This document shows, piece after piece, positions 55,501 through 64,000 of a stretch of DNA of 64,000 nucleotides (its first letter is position 1; the number at the start of each line of letters is the position of its first letter). Source of the stretch: Tetramitus jugosus (taxonomy: Eukaryota; Protista; Heterolobosea). The notes beneath the pieces are model-generated. The model worked only from the letters and a program-made list of their open reading frames with translations, did not search any database and was not told the origin of the DNA. The DNA lies in assembly GCA_937625935.1 (NCBI GenBank), contig OW569347.1:372001-436000 (forward strand), given 5' to 3'. The position numbers and the translations under genes are program-made.

Positions 55501-58500
55501 TCTTTGAGCATGATTCACAGCTTCTTGCGATTTTTGGAGGGTTCACTTCTTTGGTCTCTGCGATGCCAGCACAATGTTTCATTTGTGATTCCATACTTAA
55601 TCAGGGCCGGAGCAAGCGTTTTTGAAGAACTCACCAATAGGAAGGCCTACTTCGACTTTATCATTCAAATGCTGAAGTTGATTGAAACATATTGCCAAAC
55701 TGCCGTCAATCAATCGAAGAGAAATTTGTATCTAAGTTTTGATGCTCCTCCACAGCTAAACACTCAAGTCATCTTGAGGGATTGTTGGATTCAACTAGGA
55801 ACCGTATTTATTGAAATCCTCAATTCTCGCGTCAAGTCTTCTCAAAACTCCCAACCCCATCCGATCAAGAGACCAGATTATGCCGAGTACTTATCAGATG
55901 AGGAGGCTGATTTCAGTCACCATAGTGCCATTTTAACTGACTTGAGCACAAGAGATAGCAAGCTACCAATAACTTCGTATTTGGATTTGATATTGGAAAG
56001 AATCAAAAAAGATTACGCAGTCTCATCGATTATCACCTCAGAAACTTTATCAAAGAAGAGCAATAAGTTTTTTAACACTCTCAGTACCAAGCAAAAGAGT
56101 AGGGTCGTTTATGGAAACCTTTACTATATGTTAGAGAGCTATGAAAAGAGTCTCCTACAATATGAAGAGCTGAACACTGCGAACGATTCAGCCACTGATA
56201 TACTTTTCTGTACACATATTCTACAGTACAAAGTATCATCTGCTCTTAATGTTGTTCAGAGACAATTCGAAGTAGGTTATGACATTTTACGCTCCAAAAT
56301 TGAAGACATCCCTTTGAAAGTAGGATCAATATTGAAGAGTGGTGCTAATAGACCAGTTTTGTATGCGATGGCAACAATTCTTATCTTGCATTACCAACAA
56401 CAGAAGGTGAATATATTACCTCCAATTTTTGCCCAAAGCAATCAAGCGTTTACGATTCACGAGAAGAACAAAGTTCTGCAACTGGTGTCTCCTCGAGTGA
56501 TCAATGTTGAGCAAAATATGGAGGAACTTGACTGCTACTATAGACCTCTATCTCAATCAAAATTAACAACGAGTATTCGAGGTGTATTGAATGACATGAC
56601 TGGAAAGGCAGTGGTTGTACGTCTGCTTCTTGCTTTAGGACATGTAGATGAAGCGATTAAGTTTTGTCTCCAGTTTCCTTCTCAGAGATATTTACTCTCG
56701 ACGATCTACTCCTCGGTGGCGGGAGTTGCTTTTGACAATCAACTGTCTTCTAGTTGCTCGTCAATATCAACAATGCTTCCACAATACAGTGTTCAGATGG
56801 TTGAGGATGCTTATTCTTCGGTTATTCGAAAAGCTTTGCGAGACAAGTCGAGTGAAGTACATAGAATTCTTAATACTGCTCAACAATTTCTAGCTGACTC
56901 CTCAAATCTTCGCATTGAAGTTGTTAGAGAGTATTTAGAGAGAGCTCAAGATAGTTATCGATGTAGTGCTCCAACTCTTTTTAAGAAGAGTAGTGTGAGG
57001 TACTCTTCTCCCTATATGGAACGATTGCATTCATTCATTCTCTCAAAACCAAAGAGCAAGGCAGAGAATAGAAGAGTTCAACTGTACGAAGCTGATAAGT
57101 TTGCGAGCATTTTGACAGTTTATTCTATGGGATTCTCTAGTCTAGAAAGCAAACTAACCGAAGGCGATAATTCACTTTTAGATCAATCATTTGCTCCCTT
57201 GTATGACTCTATGCAAGTGTTTTGCACTGCCCCTGGTTTGAGTATAAAGGAGTTGTTCTCGGAGTACAAAAGATCAATCAACACGAACCATTCAACCTCT
57301 CCTCGATTGATGGCATATTTGTATGAGTTTAGACACTTCTGTAGGTACATGTGGTATGCATATCTAAAGGACAGTATCGAATCAGGCATCAATATTATCA
57401 ATCCATTCAAATCAGTGTATAGACCTCAAACTGTGACTGATGAATCACATAGCGACTCCCCTAAGGAGAGTGTGTTAATGAATCTTGCTGAACTCTGTGG
57501 ATTCTTACTAGATTTCACTGAGATACACTCAAAAGTCTTTCTGCAAGGCTCTTTGATTACAGTTCTGACGCTTCTTTCATCTTCAGCAACGATCCACTCT
57601 TTTGTATCCCGATACATATCTGATGAAGGAGACGTAGCTCTCACATTAAAGAAGAGATATCTGCAACTCGAAAAGCGAATGGCGAGAGATTTTCCTGATC
57701 ACCTCCAACAAGAAACAATTAGAATGGAGCCACTATTGGATATGAGTCATTTTATGCTGCCCTCTGATTTTATGCATCCAAATGGTGAAATTTATGGCAG
57801 TGCCGACATGACTTGGAAATGTGAAAGCTACAGCGATTATTGGCAGTTTCTGGATCCAGTCATCAATTTACTTGCCTCTGAAGAAGTAGTTAGGCATTTC
57901 CGAAAGCATCAGTCTAACACAACAGCTGACTTTTCTCAATCACCTGCAAGTGAGAAGAGCAAAGAGCTGGATACTTATAGACTCCTGCGCAGTAGGTCTC
58001 AAATTATTTCAGCGTCTTCTCCTCTGTCAGACAGTCTCAAAAATTCTTCAGTAGGAGCATTCACGAACGACTTGTTCACACAGAAACAAGCTTTGATCCT
58101 TGGAACCAGGAAATTCACCAATACTTCACCTGCCATCAGCTCAGTCGATTTAAATGAAGAAAGAGAAAAGCAATCTACTTTTAATGCGAATGAGAATTTT
58201 ATTGTGGACGTCCTTTCCAGTCCTGAATCTCGTAGTCCACCAGCAAAGAGTATGTCACCACCAAATGCTTTGAACGATCGTGTCCACATTCCGAAACTCG
58301 ATATTCGCAACATATCGGATGATGGCAATATGTTTGCTGAAACCATTAGTAGTCACGTTTCTCCGAGCTCTGGTTCGAGCAATCTGAGTAGTAATTCATC
58401 CATCCTTGCACAAAAATTCAATCCCAGGACTCCCTCTAGATCTACTCGAGCAAATTCAGTGCTGCAAGCAATGAGAAGTATTCAAAGAACAAGTGAACAA

Positions 58501-58704
58501 GATGGCCAAGATCAACTTGACTCTGTACGCAGAAGAAGAGAAAGCTCAGTTGGTACACCATTAAGACATGGAGTGCCAAAATTGAATATGACAATGCTTC
58601 CACGGAACTCCCCTACTCTAGGTTCAAACAGTAACAGCTCGAGAGATGGTAAGAGCTCAGGTTCTTCCGATCGGAGTGCTCGCACTTTTGTTCTTGACCT
58701 GTAG
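52007..58704 (+). CDS. CPLANE1: CPLANE1 (C5orf42/JBTS17)-like protein; exons 52007-54688, 54760-55137 and 55201-58704, ~2187 aa
   Basis: Collinear blocks resembling the CPLANE1 N-terminal beta-propeller as recalled: IELLRKDALKKK, KIPLLQKY, ASQNGRF…LLVW, ISDDGRNVVIITVDGQVWMW, GEW, FSNNPIHG, WDSEG and SYCVQDISWSCNSQF…GNLSLISRLGE. Confidence 0.7.
53948..54014 (+). repeat. 27-bp coding tandem repeat (MTHRASDVG x ~2.5)
   Basis: atgactcaccgagcatcagatgtagga / atgacccatcgagcatcagatgtcgga / atgacctatcgag. Confidence 0.9.
54689..54759 (+). other. Intron (71 nt)
   Basis: GTAAGT donor, CTAAC branch point (54733) and TTTTAG acceptor; phase 0. Confidence 0.88.
55138..55200 (+). other. In-frame, stop-free intron (63 nt)
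   Basis: GTATGT donor, TTAAC branch-like site, TTGCAG acceptor; T-rich. Confidence 0.75.
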
Positions 58705-58773
58705 AATGGAGAGCACGTGAGAGAACTTCAGCTATTTTCTGGCGCGAACGACTCAACAAAACGATCGAAAGTC

Positions 58774-59979
58774 ATGCTGTTTCATAGTCGTACCACTAAA
58801 CGTAAAGACAATTCAATGTTTCATGTCCACCAATCGTATGTGTCCAATTTTAGTATTGTTATTCACACTCATAGACTGAGCATGTCTTTGTTCTTTAGAA
58901 TCAATGAAAATAGAATTCTGAGCAAGTATCCCCAGCTCGAAACAGTCAGTCCCCAACAACTGACAGCACCTCGATTGTTGCATGTCCCCTCCTCCAAACC
59001 TTTAGTGAAGGATCCAAAACTTTTACATGTTCATTGTGAGAAGTTTCAAAAGAATCAAGAACCACTTAAACTTTTGAGTATTAGGAAGAAGTATGTCAAC
59101 CAGAGAGCCGATGTTCTTTTAAGAGTACCGACAAGTCATACAACTAGGATATTCTCAATGAACCAAGAGAATCAAACTGAAAAACTTAGTCTAAAAGATC
59201 CAACATATGTGCGAACGCTTGATTCTCAATGCCAAACAGCCAATCTGGACGAAGTGAAAATAGTAGAACAACCGACTACAAACGGGACGAATCATCCGAT
59301 TGAAGAAGAAATAGCCAATATAGAGGAGAATACTCGATATGGAACATCCAGTTTTAATTTTAACGAACTTTCCACTGCAGTCGACACTATTAGTACATAT
59401 GTTTCTAAAATTCATACTTATGTTGAACAAATGGAAGACCTACGCCCACTTTGCGAGATTGCAGACAAAAAGGATGAGGATAGAGATAGCGGACCTGAAA
59501 GTCCACAACAGATGCAATCTGATCACAGCGAGCAAAGCGTGATTGATCATTCACCGCAGAGTGAACGAAGTTCGAACGAGTTAACTTTGGTTCAACAGAA
59601 GATTAGACTCATGGAGGAAACCGAATTTGAAGAATCAAAATGCAATTCATCGAAAATACCACGTGCATTAAAGATGGGTGAAATGGATTTCCGTCAATAC
59701 CTCGAGAGACATGGCTTATTTCTCTCTTTAATGCCTGAGACCTCTAAAGCAGTCAAGGCATGTGATCATGAGACAGTAATATCTGTAGCTTCTAGTACAC
59801 ATACATACCCATCCGAAGAAGAGCCCTCATCCTTATCGAGTAGCCTAGCTATTGCCGACATATTTACTACTCCAAATGAAGAAGAACAAATAAGTGACCT
59901 TGCAACAAAATCGGTTCTGAGAAACAAACTTGCACAATTTATGAATCAAAAAGGACCAAAAATTGCCACAAACAAATGA
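58774..59979 (+). CDS. Hypothetical protein (start 58774 or 58816; likely intron 58836-58898), in frame with the upstream CPLANE1-like ORF
   Basis: ~400-codon open frame; GTATGT…CTTTAG 63-nt intron; repeated PRLLHV/PKLLHV/LKLLSI motifs. Confidence 0.65.
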   Translation: MLFHSRTTKRKDNSMFHVHQSYVSNFSIVIHTHRLSMSLFFRINENRILSKYPQLETVSPQQLTAPRLLHVPSSKPLVKDPKLLHVHCEKFQKNQEPLKLLSIRKKYVNQRADVLLRVPTSHTTRIFSMNQENQTEKLSLKDPTYVRTLDSQCQTANLDEVKIVEQPTTNGTNHPIEEEIANIEENTRYGTSSFNFNELSTAVDTISTYVSKIHTYVEQMEDLRPLCEIADKKDEDRDSGPESPQQMQSDHSEQSVIDHSPQSERSSNELTLVQQKIRLMEETEFEESKCNSSKIPRALKMGEMDFRQYLERHGLFLSLMPETSKAVKACDHETVISVASSTHTYPSEEEPSSLSSSLAIADIFTTPNEEEQISDLATKSVLRNKLAQFMNQKGPKIATNK

Positions 59980-60006
59980 GTGTTTCGACACTAATTCTGA
60001 GAATGT

Positions 60007-60975
60007 TTATCTCGTTCGTTTGGACAGCATTACATCAACATCCGTAAGATTGTAATCAGCCGGACCAGGATGAGATACCCTTGAGGGTGAAAGAAATCTA
60101 GAACTAGTTGAATTTAGAGGATATGAAGACCCTGATCGCTGTACTCGATTCAGTAGATGAACTCTCTCTGAAACTGGAGATTTGTAGCGCACATTACATA
60201 GATCTGGTGTTGAAGTGAAAGGTGATGTAACTCGAGGTGATCTCCGAGGTGATAATACTGAAGGACTTGATCTATCAAAACATCTAGGTGACTGACTTTG
60301 TCTTGGGGATAAGATTGGAGTCGTAACACCTGAACTTGTTGATGTTCTCCTCGGAGAGAGAGTTATCTCTCCTTTTTGGTTATTCTCCCTTGAAGACTCA
60401 GTCTTGGAAGAGCTGAGGGTGAATGACTCAGTTTCTGAATGATGCCGAGCATTTCTTGTTGCAGAAGCTTCAGATAAAATCTTATGATATTGCTGAATCA
60501 ATTTTGACATTTCTTTGACGCTCTCCTTGACTGCTAAACTATTTGTGGTTTTCGAGGTGTTAGTATCTAAGCTTTGTGATGGAGTTAATCCCGTTGATAT
60601 GGAAATGTTCGATTGAGCGCTGCTAAATCGAGGAGATCTGGGGGGAGTACTAACAGGAGGCGGTCTCTCAAATTGAATTTTAGATTGTTTCAGAAGAACT
60701 TCCTTTTTCTTGCTGTAAGGTGATGAATATCGATCGGAATTGGGATCATACTTTGGTGTATTGAAATCAGAAATGCTGGTGCTGTACTTGGCTGGACCTG
60801 GTCCTTCACGTGACATCAGTTGGACTTCCTTACTCAAAGATCGTTCCCCCAATCCGAAGGTACTCCAAGTATTTGTTTGAGAGAAGTAACCTCTTCGAGG
60901 AGATATTGGACTGGAGGTTAATGGTCTTCCTAGAGGAGAAGGCGAGCTTCTCTTATCTAATCTAGGTCTTTGCAT
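60007..60975 (-). CDS. Ser/Pro/Arg-rich protein with PGP (SHIPPO/ODF3-type) repeats; likely axonemal
   Basis: TFGLGER…EGPGPAKY and SRF…HPGPADY repeats; many SPR motifs. First ATG is at 60975. Confidence 0.65.
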   Translation of the reverse strand: MQRPRLDKRSSPSPLGRPLTSSPISPRRGYFSQTNTWSTFGLGERSLSKEVQLMSREGPGPAKYSTSISDFNTPKYDPNSDRYSSPYSKKKEVLLKQSKIQFERPPPVSTPPRSPRFSSAQSNISISTGLTPSQSLDTNTSKTTNSLAVKESVKEMSKLIQQYHKILSEASATRNARHHSETESFTLSSSKTESSRENNQKGEITLSPRRTSTSSGVTTPILSPRQSQSPRCFDRSSPSVLSPRRSPRVTSPFTSTPDLCNVRYKSPVSERVHLLNRVQRSGSSYPLNSTSSRFLSPSRVSHPGPADYNLTDVDVMLSKRTR

Positions 60976-61095
60976 CTCTCTGTTGTGATGACTGTAAGTG
61001 GTAACAGTTGTCGGAGAAAAGTACCAAAAAGAGCAAAGCGGAAATTCAAATCCAAATGAAATACAACAACTAAAACTGGTTGGGACTAACAATCT

Positions 61096-63244
61096 TTATC
61101 CAGAGCCATTTGCTGTGAAATAAGGTAGGGCGTATGGATTGTGCATCTGTGTGGGATAAGAGGGACCCACTCCCATGACAGGATGCATATTCATTGGGAG
61201 CATTTGGGGCATTGAGTTCGCATTCTGTACTACTTGTGGTCGTCTCTGTCCACCTTGCTGTTGATGTTGGTAGTATTGTCCTATTGGAGACTCTGGAGAT
61301 GCAGAGTAGGGAGTTGTCTGGAAGAAGAATGAGTGTTTGAGAGCTTCCACGGGGAGTGCTCTCCGAGTGGGTTCATAACTTAAAACTCTGAGCACCAGGT
61401 CATAGAATTGAAGATAATCCTCATGTGAATGACCTTCATGACCTCTTCTTCTCCCTTCAGGACCACAAGTATGCACACCAATAATGTCGGACAATGATCG
61501 ACTATTTGGAACAAAGTTTGGATTCGTCAGTTGGTACTGTCTTGTTTCAGGATTATATCGGAAGAACATGTCCTTCTTGGGCGATTTTTCAATCATTGAA
61601 ACAGGGGGCATCCCCAACACTTGAATAATCTTGAACAATTGTTCCTTTTCATCCTTTCCATCGAACAATGGCATTCCAGTATGCATCTCTACCAAAATAC
61701 AACCAAAACTCCAAATATCAATCGCGTTGTTGTATGGCAATCCTAACAATACCTCGGGAGATCTATAAAATCGTGACTGGATGTACTTGAATATCTTTCT
61801 GTTCGAATAACAGGAGCTTCCAAAGTCAATCACTTTTATAAAGCTCTTTCGGTGATGTCGCAATAATATATTCTCCGGTTTCAAGTCGCAATGAATAATA
61901 TTGACATCGGACCTCGAAAGAAAATAGAGTGTTTGCAATAATTGATGCGCAAACTTTCGTATCAGCTTGAGCGACACACCCTTAAAGTGCGTATACTTTA
62001 GCAAGTCATACAAATTATAGGACAGTAGCTCAAACACAATACACAAATGATTCTTCCACTCAAAATAATCCTTCATATGAATCACGTTGAACTCCTCATT
62101 CTTATCCTTATCTCTCAAATCTTTTAAAATACCAATTTCAATCTTTGCCTGTTCAAAGAATTGAGCCTTGTTCTTGATGACCTTGATGGCCACTTCCTGA
62201 GACGTATGAGTGTCAAAAGCTTTCACTACGACACCGAAACTTCCCTTTCCCAGGTTCTGTACAACTGAGTAACGACCTCCGATATCATCATTGATATGGA
62301 CAATGTAGTTTCCATGCTCATCATCATATCCCTCATTGTAGCTCGATGTGGCTGGATGAGGTATGACTGATGATACGACCATTGGTTGTTGAGGTTGCAG
62401 AATCGGAAGATTATGCCTCTGTTGTTGCTGGTGGTGGAGTTGCATTGCTGGTGGTGGAGGCATTGGTAGTGATGGTGGTGCTTGTTGTTGAGATGATTGA
62501 TGATGAGAAGGATGATGGTGATAGGCAGTCGTTGCGTAATAGCCTGCTGCCGTATGGGGAAGTGCATTGGTTGAGTGATGCGCATTAGGCATGGCAAATG
62601 GATTGGGTATGGATGAAGCGACGGATGACGTGTGATAGAATGGATTGTTGCTGACTATTGAATTGGTAAGATGATCATTGTTGTTGCTACTACCATTGTA
62701 AGTGCCATTACTACTATTGCTATTATTGTTATTCCCACCACTACTACTGCTGTTACTGCTACTGTTGTTATTATTGTTGTTGTTATTAGTGTTGTTGTTA
62801 CTGTTGTTCGTCATTGAGAAGGAGAATGGATTGGTAAACATGGATTGAGAGTAGTTGGGATAGGGTATCATTGCTTGTTGTTGTTGTTGATGTGGTGCAG
62901 GTGGTTGTGGTGGAAAGGCTTGATTGGCAGCGATTGCAAACGGATGGAGTTGTGGTTGTTGTTGTTGTGTCGTCATGTAGGGCACTTGCGTATTTCTTGA
63001 TGAAGTCAATTGTTGTTGTTGCTGTTGCTGCTGCTGCTGTTGCTGTTGTTGCTTCATCAATGCTTCTCTCTTCTTCTTATTCTCATAATAGGATTGATTG
63101 ATACGCTTATACGTCCGAAGCACGTGTGTCGATAGAGCAAACACTGGCCGCCGCGTTGTTTCTCTATTCTTGTTGGATTGAACAGGAACGGTTGCTTGAG
63201 ACACTGGACAAACAACAGATTGAACAGAATACTCTTCTTTTCGC

Positions 63245-63278
<34 letters not shown>

Positions 63279-63999
63279 CTTCTTGATCCCATTCGCCATC
63301 TTCATGAGATGATGCATCGTAAGGCCGAACAACACTAGTTGGAGCAATTTCTTGATATTGAGAAAACATGGGTGGTTCGCTATTGGCTATATTACCCATG
63401 TGGCGAACAGGTGTTGGTTTGACCCATGAGGGATGATGAGGCTTGCTATTGTTGTATGGTTGTTGTTGCTGTTGCGATGATGGCTGCTGTAATGGCTGAG
63501 GCGTCTGATGATGATAATCGTACTGCTGCTGCTGTGAAAAATAATTGTTGCTGTTGTGACGATTGATCATTGCATTGTTGCCATTGCTATTGTTATAGTA
63601 CAGTTGTGAATTGTAGGGATGATGATGGTGATGATAACTCGGTTGTGGCTGAAGTGATGGATAAATGGGTGATGTTGTCAACGTCGTTGTTGTTGCCGTT
63701 CCAAATGCCGCATGCAAATGATTGTTCATCTCTTGCTTTTCAACAACATCATTGACTTGAAAAAAGCTTCCACTATTCACAACAGAAGTAGCACTGCCAC
63801 TGGCAGTTGCAACAACGGTTCCATACGGTTGTTGAGACTGCTGTGTAAATTGGCTATTGTTGTGCTGCTGATTTCCATTTTGATTATTGTAAATGTGCTT
63901 TGCACTTGCATTACTACCACTTGAACCAGTGCTATGATTGCTACTACTGCTACTACTACCACTATTAGTATTATTATTATTATTATTACACAGATGATT
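61096..63999 (-). CDS. DYRK1: Dual-specificity tyrosine-regulated kinase, DYRK1/minibrain type (5' partial; the frame stays open to the window edge)
   Basis: LSTHVLRTYKRINQSYYENKKKR NLS block, DH box YNEGYDDEHGNY, GKGSFG, HCDLKPEN, YIQSRFYRSPE and the GPEGRR…H insert as in DYRK1A. Confidence 0.93.
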
Positions 64000-64000
64000 C

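Noticed and set aside
312-63962. Numerous short antisense or alternate-frame ORFs (for example 9541-9750, 14909-15217, 16990-17388, 46612-47214, 47299-48024)
   Set aside because: They are shadows of real genes, many produced by trinucleotide repeats (poly-L/V/I/C), and show no motifs.
63777-63962. Separate 61-aa ORF upstream of DYRK1
   Set aside because: The DYRK1 frame itself is open through this region to the window edge.
1-64000. tRNA, rRNA or spliceosomal snRNA genes in intergenic gaps
   Set aside because: No cloverleaf/A-B boxes or U1/U2/U5/U6 signatures were recognised by eye; a tRNAscan-SE or Infernal run would be decisive.

Overview
Gene-dense, AT-rich eukaryotic nuclear DNA using the standard code. 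Introns are sparse, GT-AG and mostly 61-140 nt, intergenic gaps are tiny (10-580 bp), and many proteins carry poly-N/Q/S/T tracts. This style suggests a flagellated protist such as a heterolobosean/discoban (inference only). About 19 genes: phospholipase D (3' part), phage-type mitochondrial RNA polymerase, glutaredoxin/SH3BGR-like protein, CCHCR1-like protein, a membrane-anchored DPP III (M49) peptidase, an orphan 7-TM protein, CAF-1 p150-like protein, a large ankyrin protein with a candidate Ig-fold DNA-binding domain, an intronless DNAH2-type dynein heavy chain head-to-head with CFAP70, a type II membrane PLC-like phosphodiesterase candidate, a THAP-like zinc-finger protein, GH47 mannosidase, eIF4B, an MFS transporter, PDK, a CPLANE1/JBTS17-like gene followed in frame by a second ORF, a PGP/SHIPPO-repeat protein and DYRK1 (5' partial). 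No tRNA, rRNA, CRISPR array or transposon was recognised. Best leads: the CPLANE1-like locus and its single in-frame TAG, the ankyrin + velvet/Rel-like transcription-factor candidate, the type II membrane DPP III, the THAP-like finger with a possible 12-nt microexon, and shared promoter motifs. All homology calls come from recognising motifs by eye; no searches were run.
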